Below, one piece after another: positions 1-10,671 of a DNA stretch of 64,000 nucleotides; within the stretch, counting starts at the first letter, position 1, and each line of letters begins with the position of its first letter. Under the pieces are notes generated by a model, which was not told the origin of the DNA, did not search any database, and saw only the letters and a program-made list of their open reading frames with translations. A program made the position numbers and the translations under genes. The DNA is from Candidatus Hodarchaeota archaeon (GTDB lineage Archaea; Asgardarchaeota; Lokiarchaeia; Sigyniarchaeales; SOKP01), in assembly GCA_048886685.1 (NCBI GenBank), contig JBHLKM010000006.1, positions 164,062-228,061 of the forward strand, read 5' to 3'.

Positions 1-951
1 GATGACATAAAAAAGGCTGTTAATGAAAAAATTAGACTTTACCCTGATCCCACCTCCTTTGAATTACGAAAAGAAATTTTAAATGTATTGCTAAGAGATA
101 AAGATACACTAACTAATAGAAATTCAATATTTATAGGAAACGGTTCCGATGAAATTTTTGATGTAATTTTTAAAATGTTTATTGACCCTGGAGACGAAGT
201 TGTTCTTTTTTATCCCTCTTATGGATTGTACAAGGTTTTAGCCACACTTTATAATGCTAAAATTACAGAAATTCAATTAAATGATGATTTCTCTATACCT
301 GATTCAGCATATAACGCTAAGGGTAAACTAATGTTTATTAATTCACCGAATAATCCTAATGGAAAATCATTTGGGAATGCAACAATTTTAAAATTGTGTG
401 GAAGCTTCCCTGGAGTAGTAGTTGTTGATGAGGCTTATGCAGATTTTTCAAACCAGACAAGCCTTCCTTTATTAAAAAAAGTAAAGAATTTAATTGTAAA
501 TCGATCATTTTCTAAAAGCTTTTCAATTGCCGGTTTAAGAATGGGTTTCGCATTAGCAGATCCCGAGATTATTAAAGAAATGAATAAAATTAAATTACCA
601 TATAATACCAATTATCTAGCACAAATTGCAGCTATTTCATGTATTAAAAATAGTAGTAAAATTTTTGAAAGAAACAAGAAAATAGTTTCGGAAAGAGAGA
701 GATTATCTGAGGAGTTAAATAACTTTCGGGGTGTTAGCGTTTTACCTTCAGATGCAAACTTTATATTTATAAAATTTGAAGATAAATCTAAAACCCTAAA
801 GTTTGTTTGGGATTTAAAGGAAATGAAGATTCTAGTTCGTCACTTTAGTAAGCCCGGTCTTTATAACTATATTAGAGTAACAATTGGAACTGTTGAAGAT
901 AATAATAAATTTATTGAAGCTTTTACTAATATAGCGGAGAAGTATTTATAA
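1..951 (+). CDS. hisC: Histidinol-phosphate aminotransferase (5' end outside window)
   Basis: Frame open from base 1 (DDIKKAV..RLYPDP). Motifs GNGSDE, SPNNPNG, VVDEAY, RSFSKSFSIAGLRMG, IRVTIGT. Confidence 0.9.
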   Translation, partial: DDIKKAVNEKIRLYPDPTSFELRKEILNVLLRDKDTLTNRNSIFIGNGSDEIFDVIFKMFIDPGDEVVLFYPSYGLYKVLATLYNAKITEIQLNDDFSIPDSAYNAKGKLMFINSPNNPNGKSFGNATILKLCGSFPGVVVVDEAYADFSNQTSLPLLKKVKNLIVNRSFSKSFSIAGLRMGFALADPEIIKEMNKIKLPYNTNYLAQIAAISCIKNSSKIFERNKKIVSERERLSEELNNFRGVSVLPSDANFIFIKFEDKSKTLKFVWDLKEMKILVRHFSKPGLYNYIRVTIGTVEDNNKFIEAFTNIAEKYL

Positions 952-990
952 AAATTACATTAATTTTTTTATAATAGATTTTTAGGCGAG

Positions 991-2235
991 TTGGTAAAAA
1001 TTCCAAAAAAAGAAAAGAAAACAAAAAAGAAATTAAAAAAGAAAAAAGAAAAGAAAATAGAAAAAAAACGTCTTGCAGAAGATAAAAAAAAACTGGTAGA
1101 ATGTAAATTCTGTGGATACAAAATTTCAAGACCTTTTCCAAAGGACCAACTTTGCCCTAAATGTGAAAGATTTTTAGTTGAATTATATGAATTAACAACT
1201 GAAGGGAAAGAAATAATCCAGCCCAAACAGTTTGAAACTAAAACTACTACACTATCCTCAAAATTACAAGATAAGGTAAAAGTAAAAGAAAAATCTATAG
1301 ACATTTCTTTAAAAAGGGAAAAAATACCTTTGAAGAAAGGTGAATACGTTAAATTACTCGGAATCACGTCAATTGATAGGAATCAACTATATTGCAGTAA
1401 TAATAGTCTAAGATATTTATTAGAATTAACGAATAATCTAGATTTTATAGCTACTGGTATCTTAGGTGGAGTACTTGATAAAATGCTTTTAATTTCTGTA
1501 GAGGATAATACTGAAGAAAAGTGTCAATTCTATGTTAAAGATGGTATAATATATCTTGTCTATGGTAAATTCCCAGATAAGAAAGGAAAATGGCTCCTTG
1601 AGCAAATGTCGAATAATTTCTCTGAATTAGTAAAAGATAAAGATGTTAATAACCTAGATAAATTAGAATCATATCAAATTGAAAGAGAATTCAGTGGTCG
1701 TACAAGTTTTATTCTTAGAGAATATCTTAAATTGCAAGAAGTATTTTCTGATCAAGAAATACCGTACGTCGAAGACACTATTCGAATTGATTATCTAGGT
1801 TTATCTTCGATGTCAATTGGAGTTATTTCATTGTTAGTAGGAGATGATATAAACGTTGAATTACAAATAGAAGTAAATAGTCTAGAAGAAGAAAGAGAAA
1901 TGAAAGAATCGATGTTAACGGCAAGGATCGAAGCTATTGCTGCTAATACTCAAGGAAACACGGGAGCATTCCCTCGCTGGATATCAGTAAAACTTGAATT
2001 TCAAAAATATAGATTCTTAACATTCAAGAAATATCCAAATGATTACTTCCTATCGTTACTTTCTGAAGGAAACTTAGGAAAAATTGATCAAGCTGAGGAA
2101 ATATTAAATCCTAAAATAAGTAAAATTACTGAATCAGTTTTTTCTGGAAATTTAAAACCCTTTAATGAATTAAAGGCAAGTTTAGAGAAAGATCTAAAGA
2201 TTAGAAGAAAATTTCCACCTTTTTCATTTAAATAA
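991..2235 (+). CDS. Hypothetical protein: Lys-rich N-terminus, CxxC..CxxC zinc ribbon, possibly two longin-like domains
   Basis: CKFCG..LCPKC. Two beta-rich/helix segments; C-terminal FSGNLKPFNEL resembles the ends of Asgard longin domains (inference). Confidence 0.55.
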   Translation: MVKIPKKEKKTKKKLKKKKEKKIEKKRLAEDKKKLVECKFCGYKISRPFPKDQLCPKCERFLVELYELTTEGKEIIQPKQFETKTTTLSSKLQDKVKVKEKSIDISLKREKIPLKKGEYVKLLGITSIDRNQLYCSNNSLRYLLELTNNLDFIATGILGGVLDKMLLISVEDNTEEKCQFYVKDGIIYLVYGKFPDKKGKWLLEQMSNNFSELVKDKDVNNLDKLESYQIEREFSGRTSFILREYLKLQEVFSDQEIPYVEDTIRIDYLGLSSMSIGVISLLVGDDINVELQIEVNSLEEEREMKESMLTARIEAIAANTQGNTGAFPRWISVKLEFQKYRFLTFKKYPNDYFLSLLSEGNLGKIDQAEEILNPKISKITESVFSGNLKPFNELKASLEKDLKIRRKFPPFSFK

Positions 2236-2271
2236 GAACAGAATAAAATTCTTCTTCTTCTTAGTATTATA

Positions 2272-3237
2272 ATGATTTTAAATCCCGATAAAATTTGGAA
2301 AGAATTTGAAAATAATAGATTGGATAAATTAACCGCTTCTGAATTATTAATTGCTTTAATTGAAAATAGTAATAACGAAGATATTAGAATAAAAGCTATT
2401 GAATACCTAATGAAAATTCGGATTTTAAAAGACAAATTATTCGATATTCTAGAAAACTTACTCGTTTCAGATGAAAGTGAAAAAGTAAGATATTTGGCTG
2501 TAAAATTTATTGGAGAAAATTTTTTACATAAAAGCATATCCCTGCTGATTTGGGCAATCAATCATGAAAAAAATTATAATTCTTTAATTGAAATCATAAA
2601 ATTATTGGGCAAAGTAGATAATGAGGAAACTAAATTGGTACTATTTAATGAAATTAGGAAAATTATCAAAACAAAATATTTGAACAAAAAAAGAAAAATT
2701 GAAAATAAAAAATTTAAGAAAGTTCTGAAAAAATTGCTAAAGGAAAAAGATTATGAAGAGTTCACTCATAATGAGTTTGTCCAAATTTTAATAAATTTCC
2801 TCACTATTTCCAACTTGTTCAGCCATTATTATAATGTTTATTATGAAACAAATTCACAGAACGGATTAATAGAAAAATTAGATTTGTCAGATTACGTAGA
2901 ATATGAAGTTAAAGGAACTCCGTGGGAGTGGAAAAATAACATTACTGATCTCTCAGAGATTCCTGGTTTAAATAACTTAAATAATCTAAAATATATTGAT
3001 CTATCAAATAATCAAATTAATGATATTGAGCTCATAATTCATTTTCAAGATTTAACTCATCTCATATTAACTAATAACAATTTAAGTGCAGAAATAAACT
3101 TAAATTATTTAACAAGTTTACCTAATTTAATTTATTTGGATTTAAGGGGAAATGATATTATTAATAATATTAAACTTAATGATTTTCCTCCACAAACCCG
3201 AGTTCTTTTACGAGATTCCTATATAAAAATAAAATAA
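2272..3237 (+). CDS. HEAT-repeat plus leucine-rich-repeat protein
   Basis: N-terminal HEAT-like helices (LLVSDESEKVRYLAV); C-terminal LRRs LKYIDLSNNQI, LTHLILTNNNL, LIYLDLRGNDI. Confidence 0.8.
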   Translation: MILNPDKIWKEFENNRLDKLTASELLIALIENSNNEDIRIKAIEYLMKIRILKDKLFDILENLLVSDESEKVRYLAVKFIGENFLHKSISLLIWAINHEKNYNSLIEIIKLLGKVDNEETKLVLFNEIRKIIKTKYLNKKRKIENKKFKKVLKKLLKEKDYEEFTHNEFVQILINFLTISNLFSHYYNVYYETNSQNGLIEKLDLSDYVEYEVKGTPWEWKNNITDLSEIPGLNNLNNLKYIDLSNNQINDIELIIHFQDLTHLILTNNNLSAEINLNYLTSLPNLIYLDLRGNDIINNIKLNDFPPQTRVLLRDSYIKIK

Positions 3238-3248
3238 AAAAAAAAGAT

Positions 3249-4580
3249 TTAATCTTCGATTAATTGGGTTTTGCCAGTACCCCATACTCCAAGTGCGATC
3301 CCTAATTCTTTATGTTCTTTAGCAACTTGTTTTACATTTTTTCCTTGCATAACAGCATCAATTGCTTGTCTAAATGCTTTAGCACCAGAGATTGGACCAT
3401 CAGGATGACTATGAATACCACCACCGCTACCAATTAAAATGTCATTACCAGCTTCTTTCATACATTTTTCGACCATTCCTGGGGTAATTCCTCCACTGGG
3501 CATTGGTAATGTTGGTCTGATATGTTGAAGTGGATATCGAAGTGCTTTAAGATTCTGCTCATATCTCTCATCTAATATCTCGGCTTTACCATAAGGTGCA
3601 GGAATTACAACAGTATCCGCACCACAAATTCGAGGTAGTTTCGCAAAAGTCAGCATGCTAGTCATTCCAGTCCAGATTCCTCCAAAATAAGTCCCACCAA
3701 AGTCCATATGCCCCAGAATCGGTACTTTTATTGATGGATCTTCAGCAATTTGTCTTAAAGCTTCAAAACCAGTCGTTAAATAATTTATCATTAACGCGTT
3801 AGCACCCAATTCAATCATTTTGTCAGCATACTCAAACATATCAGGGAATTTTGTTGTAATATTAATTGTATATAGTGTTTTCTCTCCTTTTTCTGAATCA
3901 GCTTGATCCACGGCTTCCATAACTTGAACAATTCTATCTTCGAGTGTGTTAAAGGATGGATCTGAGATTAATTCATCATCTTTTACCACGTCACAACCAC
4001 CAACTGCCGCTTTATAAACCAAATCAGCTGCTACATCTGCTGTGTGTCCGGTACAAGGTTTTACCATATTATTTAAAAGAGGACGCTCAGGAACGTTCAA
4101 TAACTTTCGAAGACCATCTATACCAAATTTAGGGCCTTTGAAATCTTCTAACCATGTTTTTGGAAATGATAGATCTACTAGTTTTAATCCGTGAGTAATT
4201 GATATATTGCCAATAACAGTAGTAAAAAGCATAGGAATACCCATTCCCTTAATATTCACGACAGGGAATCCAATTTGAACAAAATATATTCTTTCTTTAA
4301 TATCCTTTGGAATTATATATTCATACATAGGCAACTCATATACTCCAAGCACTCTTGCTACATGATGTTTTCTAACCTCTTCTGTTTCGGCAGGAACTCG
4401 AACCCAAGTTCCTGTTGATTGTTCGATAGCTGCGAATCTAGAGAGATAGTTAACATTTTGTCCCTTAGGACGTTTTATGATATAACTGGCAATAATGTAT
4501 TTTTCTAAATCTATACCATCCAAACCAATTGCTTCTGGAATATCTAAATATTTTTCACAGCTTGGAAAAGTTTTATCCAT
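3249..4580 (-). CDS. RuBisCO-like protein (form IV RLP)
   Basis: EQSTGTW, FKGPKFGIDG, GGCDVVKDDE, SGGITPG, GGGIHSHPDG. KPC replaces catalytic KPK. Confidence 0.88.
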   Translation of the reverse strand: MDKTFPSCEKYLDIPEAIGLDGIDLEKYIIASYIIKRPKGQNVNYLSRFAAIEQSTGTWVRVPAETEEVRKHHVARVLGVYELPMYEYIIPKDIKERIYFVQIGFPVVNIKGMGIPMLFTTVIGNISITHGLKLVDLSFPKTWLEDFKGPKFGIDGLRKLLNVPERPLLNNMVKPCTGHTADVAADLVYKAAVGGCDVVKDDELISDPSFNTLEDRIVQVMEAVDQADSEKGEKTLYTINITTKFPDMFEYADKMIELGANALMINYLTTGFEALRQIAEDPSIKVPILGHMDFGGTYFGGIWTGMTSMLTFAKLPRICGADTVVIPAPYGKAEILDERYEQNLKALRYPLQHIRPTLPMPSGGITPGMVEKCMKEAGNDILIGSGGGIHSHPDGPISGAKAFRQAIDAVMQGKNVKQVAKEHKELGIALGVWGTGKTQLIED

Positions 4581-4693
4581 TTTTCTTTCACATTAATTAT
4601 TGATTGTACTAAGTGAGACTAATATCAACCAATTCAAAAATTTTTTGAAAAAATAAAAAAGGAAACAAAAAGTAAAAAAATAATAAGATTTAA

Positions 4694-5809
4694 TCAATCT
4701 TTCGCTTTAACTTCTGCTTTTTCTGTTGCTTTTAAATTTGTATAGGTATTTTCAAGTACAGTCAAGTATTCAATTAAAACTTGATCAGATTTTGATTTTT
4801 GTTCATATACTGTTTTAATAACGTTCATTAGGTATTTTGGAAACATTAAGTCTAAGTGAAAATCAGAAAGAAGTGCATAATATTCATTACCTCTTTCATC
4901 CTGGAACACTTGTATTAATTGAGTGTCCCAAAGCATCTTTAGCACATCGTCAAGATCTTCAACACCCTTTTTTTTAAGTTTCTCTAGGTCATTCTTAGTG
5001 ACTACTGTAGTTCTTAGTAAACTTATAGTTTCATAAACTTGTGGATTAGTAAGAACATCTAATATTCTGAGATTATCTCCTTCTGAGGGTTGATAATTTT
5101 GAAAATATCTCTTCACATCAGTTTTATAAGTTTCAACAAGCTGAGAAGGTAAACCTCGATCTGCTGGATCTCGTAAAATAATAACCGGTGGTACGCGCAT
5201 AAGTACAATATCTTTAATTAAGAATATTAGTTCAGAAGGCATCCCTTTTACTGATGCTTCTTTGACTATTTCACGTTTTATAAGTTCCATTAAAACGCCA
5301 TCGACATCCACAAAACCTTGTTTATATCTATCTTTTAGCCATATCATTAATTCTGATTTAGAAACTACACCTTCATCCCTTAAACGTTTAATTATCATAC
5401 GTTTTATTTCATCTTGATATGTAAGCGCAAGTCGTTGTTCAATACTTAAAGTAGGATATACTGATAATCGTCGGAATAGCGTAGGGATCATCTGTAGAAA
5501 GGCATCATCTTTTAAATTTGACAGGATAATTCTAGAAACATCTATCAATCCTTCTTCATACATATCAGGATCATCATCAAGATTCAAAAGTAGAAGAATG
5601 TAGAAGTTTTTCTCTGGTCCGGTATAATATGATGCAATATTTAAGGACCCAATCATTAGACTAATCATCCCTGATTCTCCGCTATATTCATGGGTGCTAT
5701 AAACTTGCATCAGTGTTTTTTCTGTTAAAACAATTTCCTCTGGGTATTTAGATAATATTTCAGTACCTGCCCTGTCATCCCATCTCATTATAACTAATCC
5801 AATTGGCAT
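4694..5809 (-). CDS. Longin/uDENN (NPRL2/NPRL3-like) protein with probable C-terminal winged helices, paralog 1
   Basis: N-terminus PIGLVIMRWDDRAGTEILSKYP fits the uDENN/NPRL longin start. Colinear paralog at 11787..12899. Confidence 0.6.
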   Translation of the reverse strand: MPIGLVIMRWDDRAGTEILSKYPEEIVLTEKTLMQVYSTHEYSGESGMISLMIGSLNIASYYTGPEKNFYILLLLNLDDDPDMYEEGLIDVSRIILSNLKDDAFLQMIPTLFRRLSVYPTLSIEQRLALTYQDEIKRMIIKRLRDEGVVSKSELMIWLKDRYKQGFVDVDGVLMELIKREIVKEASVKGMPSELIFLIKDIVLMRVPPVIILRDPADRGLPSQLVETYKTDVKRYFQNYQPSEGDNLRILDVLTNPQVYETISLLRTTVVTKNDLEKLKKKGVEDLDDVLKMLWDTQLIQVFQDERGNEYYALLSDFHLDLMFPKYLMNVIKTVYEQKSKSDQVLIEYLTVLENTYTNLKATEKAEVKAKD

Positions 5810-8800
5810 TTATTCTACACCTCCTTTAAGATTTTTAAATTCTCCCGTCGTTTCGGGTAATATTTTCTTTTTCTTCCTTTCAGTGCCTAATATATTTTCT
5901 AGCGATAATCCAAGCATGTCCCATCTATCTCCTAGCCGCTTTACTAAATATTCTTCCTTTGAAGGATACAGAAGTGAATCTGAGATAGCCTTTTTGCCTT
6001 TAATGTCTTTCTTCATTTTTTTTGTTTTCTTAACAAATGTGGGAATTCTAGCTTGTTGAACTACTCGATAAATAGCCAAACTACCAACAACAGCTATTGT
6101 TGCGCCAACAATCATTAAGAAATAAAATGCAGGAAAGCCAGAAATTGGCCATTCAACCATTTTAACTTCAACAACAAATGTTTTTGTTTTTGTAGAGTAA
6201 TTAGTTTTTTGAACTGTAATCATTGCTGTATATGTTTGTGGAGCAAAAAATGCATCTGGTGTTTTAGGAATAGTTACTGTATACGATCCATCACCATTAT
6301 CTATAATATCACCTTGACTAATAGTATAATTATTACTTCGAAATGTTACCGTGACTTCTGTTCCATTTACTAGATTATCATTGAGAAGATCTTTAATTTC
6401 AATGTCAAAAACTAAAGGTTTACCTGAAATTACTTTAATTATATCAGATGAGTCAACTGAAAATTCTCTGGGTATAACTTTTAAAATAATAATGGCAATC
6501 CTTAGAGCGTAATTTGATTTCCCTATGGATATTGATAACGTGTAAGTTGCAATTTCTTTTATATGAGTATCGAAGTCTAATTCATAAATTCCATCATAGA
6601 GGTTAGTTAAGAATAATATACCACTATCTACCACATTTCCATTACTATCTTCTTTTTCCCATTCACAATGAGCAATTTCACAATTAGATAGCCCTAAACC
6701 AGTATCTGCTTCGGTGTAGTTAAAGTAAAATATCTTTTCTTCCCCAAATGGCAATTCAACGGCATCTAATATTCCAGTACTATCGTTTATTCTTGTATTA
6801 ATCGCATTAATTTTCACAGGAAGAATTATTTGTTTCGTTTCGTAATTTTGTTTATCTGCAATTATTTGTATAAAGTAATCACCATAACCTGGAAAATCTC
6901 CTGTATCTAAAACAAGTCTATATCTACCTCCAGAACCTAATGGATCAAGGAGACCACTAACCCCAATAACTCCAATACCTAAATATTGAACGATAGCGTC
7001 CTCTATATCCAAATCAGGATCTGCATAAATATCTTGATAATGAACTTCCAAGTTAATAACATCATTCCAATATGCTGTTCCAATACTCACATTAGCAGTT
7101 AAACTAGCAGTTTTATCTGCAAGTACAAATGTTATTGCAGTTGTTTTTGATATAAAACCGGGTTTTGATGCAAAGATCTCCATAGTGTATGTTATACTAG
7201 ACTCCCATAATTCACCTCCAACATCTATAGGATTAGAAGTGTCAATGGTTAAGTTGTAAAGTCCTCCTCCAATGTCATTGAACTCTAATGTCTGTATATT
7301 TAATATTTGAGTCCCAATCTTTATATTGTAATTCACATCAGCATCAATTATCCCTGTTGGGTTAGTTTCATTTACTGTAAATGTATAATTAACTTGAAAG
7401 GATATCAATTCACCTAAAATTGTACCTTCTTCATAAACTTCGGGTAAAGCTATTGCGGTATCAAAAGAAGGTGCGAATGTAACATTAACAATTTTTGAGT
7501 CGGCTTGATAAAAGGGAAGTGTTATATTTTTCAAATTAGAAGGATCTAAATCACCAAGGGCACTGATATCTCTTGGTTCAGTATCAAACCAGGTAAGTGT
7601 GAAAGTAACATTACCATCAGGACTACTAGTGAAATTTTGCCAACGAAAAATTACATTCCCATTTTCATCTGAGTTTTCCGAACCAATGAAATCTGGTCCA
7701 GTTCCATTATCAATCCAAAAATCGACTTTTGCTCCTTCTAAAAATCCCTTAAAAGCTGCCGTTTCATTATATCGGTGTAGTGTTAAATTCAGAGTAGTAA
7801 GCTCTACATTTGTAAATTCTGTTAAATTAACGCCAAAAGTATCAACAGTATTATCATTGATGTCAATTGTTTTAGGGGTAGTTATAGTTAAAGGTTCTTT
7901 ACCATATTTTTCATATGATACATTTACTACATATGAACCATTATTCAGTCGATTAAAAATAGCTATTCCAGAATCATCCGTATATTGAACCCAATTTTCA
8001 TTATAATTTGAAGCATTCCATAAAGTAACAGTCGCATCGGGAACAAGATTGTTGTCTATATCTGTAACATTCACTTTTAAATTGTAAAACAGACTGTCCT
8101 GTTCATAAATGTAAAAATTGATAGGATTTCTTAGAGTCTTAAAGGTATTATCGAATAATTCGATCAGTTCAGTCGTATTTAAAGGAGTAGAGACACCTAT
8201 ATTATCAATATATTCCCAGAAATCAATAATTAACTTATAATCGCTTCCCCCAATATTATTTTGGAAATCATTTAGAGAACCGGGTGTATATCTAACGATA
8301 TCATTTATTGCATCGTAAAAAACAGTTCCATTTAAATAGGTAATGGTTGCAAGAATATCGGAAGTTGAATATCCAGCAACAAAAACTCCAAGTGTGTCTT
8401 TTGTAGCAACATGTATTGGATCATGAATTATTGTATAATTTTCTGATATAAACTGATCATTATTTAAACCATCTACAAAATTTCCATCATAATAGAAATG
8501 AAAGTTTTCATTCTGGCTCAAACCAGATAGATCATAATATGTATTCATTGGAATCATTGACGCAATTGTCGAATTATATACATTATCAAAATAAATTTCT
8601 CTATTGATGTTCCATAGATTATAATCATAGTAAAAAGTACAATAATCTATAGTGGACATATCAAATGCTTTATTCCATTCTATACGATAACGCGAAAATA
8701 CTTGTCCATTTTCGATTTCAGTTATTGATTGAATTGTAGATGGAATTGATGCATATTTATAATCCTCGATCATTTGATCTGAAAGAGCACTATTATAAAT

Positions 8801-10198
8801 TGCAACCTCATCAATATCACCATTAAAATAGGTATCAATATGATCTGTGGATCCAATTGTAAATGGACTTCCCTCAGCTTGATCTAAATCAGTAGCACCA
8901 CTCCATGCAGTAGAAGTATACCAGGCATCGTTTATCTTTACATCAACATCACCAGAATCATATCGAAGAGCAATAAAATTCCATTCACCAACACTAACAT
9001 CTCCGGAGTTACCAAAATTAGCATAAGTATCTCTTGTTTCAGTATCGATATATACATGGATTGTTCCTGGACTTGTTCCTCCAATTGATCCAGAATTTAT
9101 TCCTATTTCAAAATTATCGTTATATGGATCGCTTGCTTTAGCCATAAAACAATTCTGTGTATAATGATTACTTTGCAGATCTGTTAAAGCTGCTGGTTTA
9201 ATCCAGAGAGTGATGGTAAATTCTGTGCTATAATCATTGAAAGGATCCCCAGATCCTTCCAGAGCAGCTCCAAAACTCAAATCATCATTTCCATCAAATG
9301 ATAAACCATATTTTACAACACCAGAGGTCCAAGTAGGATCACCTCTATAGAACGAGCCATCCACCCCATAGCCACTAGTGTCCAAAACAGTTGTTCCTTG
9401 ATTCTCATCCATATGAGTTAATAGTCTTAGATCTGGATGAGATAATTGTTTTTCAGGAACTAAAGATTTGTCTGTATGAAAATTATATGTGTCTTTATTT
9501 AATTCCGATACAGCCAAACCTTGCTGTAACACAGCTTCATATAAAGATCCTGATTCTCCTACTGTAACAGTAAGTTTTCCCCCAACTAGAACACTAGTAA
9601 AGTCAGTATTATAATCTGGAATCTCAATACTATCCATATTCTCATTATAGTAAAGGAAAAATGTTTGGTTAGATAATGCAGAAATACTAGCAATAAATGT
9701 TATAGTACAAGATTGGATATAATTTGGATTAGGATAATAGGTGATATTCCAAAGTTGAATAGGAATTGGATTACTCCATTCATTAATCCCTGTCGCATTA
9801 TAACTTACTAATCTTGTACTCCCTTCATAATGTTCATTTTCCTGGAAATTAAAAAATATATCAACAGGTTGATACTTATCAAAATCATCAAGATTTTCTA
9901 TTTTAAATCCAATTCTAAACCGATAAGTCTTATTCCACCACTCTGATAAATCATACTTAAAAGCTGGATAGAATATATCGGAAGATTTTAGTGAATTGAA
10001 GTTATTATTAAAACTATCTTCATTGAAAATTTCCTTCTCTGCGGGTAAATTTGAAACATCACTGGAATTAGTAGAATTTAAAGGCAATACAGTTATAATA
10101 GAGCTTACAATAAAAATCAACAACAAACTGGCTGTTATCCTCTGTTTAAATTTCTTTTTTGCCTTAATCATTTTTTTTCTCAAATTTTTTTTAAACAA
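5810..10198 (-). CDS. Large membrane-anchored surface glycoprotein 1 (DUF2341-like, LamG, Ig-like stalk, C-terminal TM, cytoplasmic tail)
   Basis: N-terminal hydrophobic signal; WWNKTYRFRI; LamG motifs (GLSFDGNDD, FTITLWIKP, YFNGDIDEVAIYNSALS); many N-x-S/T sequons; TM FYFLMIVGATIAVVGSLAIY. Alternative ATG at 10171. Confidence 0.8.
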   Translation of the reverse strand: MFKKNLRKKMIKAKKKFKQRITASLLLIFIVSSIITVLPLNSTNSSDVSNLPAEKEIFNEDSFNNNFNSLKSSDIFYPAFKYDLSEWWNKTYRFRIGFKIENLDDFDKYQPVDIFFNFQENEHYEGSTRLVSYNATGINEWSNPIPIQLWNITYYPNPNYIQSCTITFIASISALSNQTFFLYYNENMDSIEIPDYNTDFTSVLVGGKLTVTVGESGSLYEAVLQQGLAVSELNKDTYNFHTDKSLVPEKQLSHPDLRLLTHMDENQGTTVLDTSGYGVDGSFYRGDPTWTSGVVKYGLSFDGNDDLSFGAALEGSGDPFNDYSTEFTITLWIKPAALTDLQSNHYTQNCFMAKASDPYNDNFEIGINSGSIGGTSPGTIHVYIDTETRDTYANFGNSGDVSVGEWNFIALRYDSGDVDVKINDAWYTSTAWSGATDLDQAEGSPFTIGSTDHIDTYFNGDIDEVAIYNSALSDQMIEDYKYASIPSTIQSITEIENGQVFSRYRIEWNKAFDMSTIDYCTFYYDYNLWNINREIYFDNVYNSTIASMIPMNTYYDLSGLSQNENFHFYYDGNFVDGLNNDQFISENYTIIHDPIHVATKDTLGVFVAGYSTSDILATITYLNGTVFYDAINDIVRYTPGSLNDFQNNIGGSDYKLIIDFWEYIDNIGVSTPLNTTELIELFDNTFKTLRNPINFYIYEQDSLFYNLKVNVTDIDNNLVPDATVTLWNASNYNENWVQYTDDSGIAIFNRLNNGSYVVNVSYEKYGKEPLTITTPKTIDINDNTVDTFGVNLTEFTNVELTTLNLTLHRYNETAAFKGFLEGAKVDFWIDNGTGPDFIGSENSDENGNVIFRWQNFTSSPDGNVTFTLTWFDTEPRDISALGDLDPSNLKNITLPFYQADSKIVNVTFAPSFDTAIALPEVYEEGTILGELISFQVNYTFTVNETNPTGIIDADVNYNIKIGTQILNIQTLEFNDIGGGLYNLTIDTSNPIDVGGELWESSITYTMEIFASKPGFISKTTAITFVLADKTASLTANVSIGTAYWNDVINLEVHYQDIYADPDLDIEDAIVQYLGIGVIGVSGLLDPLGSGGRYRLVLDTGDFPGYGDYFIQIIADKQNYETKQIILPVKINAINTRINDSTGILDAVELPFGEEKIFYFNYTEADTGLGLSNCEIAHCEWEKEDSNGNVVDSGILFLTNLYDGIYELDFDTHIKEIATYTLSISIGKSNYALRIAIIILKVIPREFSVDSSDIIKVISGKPLVFDIEIKDLLNDNLVNGTEVTVTFRSNNYTISQGDIIDNGDGSYTVTIPKTPDAFFAPQTYTAMITVQKTNYSTKTKTFVVEVKMVEWPISGFPAFYFLMIVGATIAVVGSLAIYRVVQQARIPTFVKKTKKMKKDIKGKKAISDSLLYPSKEEYLVKRLGDRWDMLGLSLENILGTERKKKKILPETTGEFKNLKGGVE
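5818..5824 (-). promoter_or_regulatory. Shine-Dalgarno GGAGGTG inside the 3' end of glycoprotein 1, serving the longin gene
   Basis: Minus strand reads aaaGGAGGTGtagaaTAAATG: the stop abuts the next start. Confidence 0.8.
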
Positions 10199-10671
10199 TA
10201 TTAGATTACTAAATTTTTAAAAAAAGGTTTTCAATAATAATACTAACTAATTTCCGTATTTAATTTTTTATCTATCAAATTTGTATATCTAACTTAGAAT
10301 TGTTATTTTCTCTCCAGCATTTTTATTCTTTAATAGTCAAAATATTCTATAATCATTATTGAATTTCATATAACAATATTATGATTTTGGCTGTAAAAAC
10401 CTTTAATTTGGCTTTAATCATTATAAAATGTTATATTTAGTCTCTCTTATTAAGTATGAAGATTCTAAGTTATGATATCAGTATCAAAAAAAATTTAAAA
10501 TAAATTTTTACCTTGAATAGTCTGACTACTTCTATCTCCTATATCGCACGTTTTCTAAATCATAAAAATTTAAATATTTTAATTTAGATTGAAGATTCAA
10601 GGAATAATTTCAAAATTTTATAGCCTCTAAATAAATGGAAAATTAGTTTTTCTTTAGATAGGTATTAAACC

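Noticed and set aside
926-2561. Antisense ORFs 926..1141, 969..1367, 2088..2561, and similar shadows elsewhere (7599, 12163, 34326, 44398, 45365, 46717, 55279, 59241)
   Set aside because: They overlap well-supported genes, have skewed Phe/Ser/Leu-rich composition and show no motifs.
3249-4580. Carboxylating RuBisCO (form III) and carbon fixation
   Set aside because: Catalytic KPK and HRA motifs are substituted, indicating form IV.
4694-5809. ESCRT-II (Vps22/Vps36) identity because of the winged-helix-like C-terminus
   Set aside because: No ESCRT-III, Vps4 or Vps25 neighbours, and the N-terminus fits longin/uDENN better; not excluded without a structure search.
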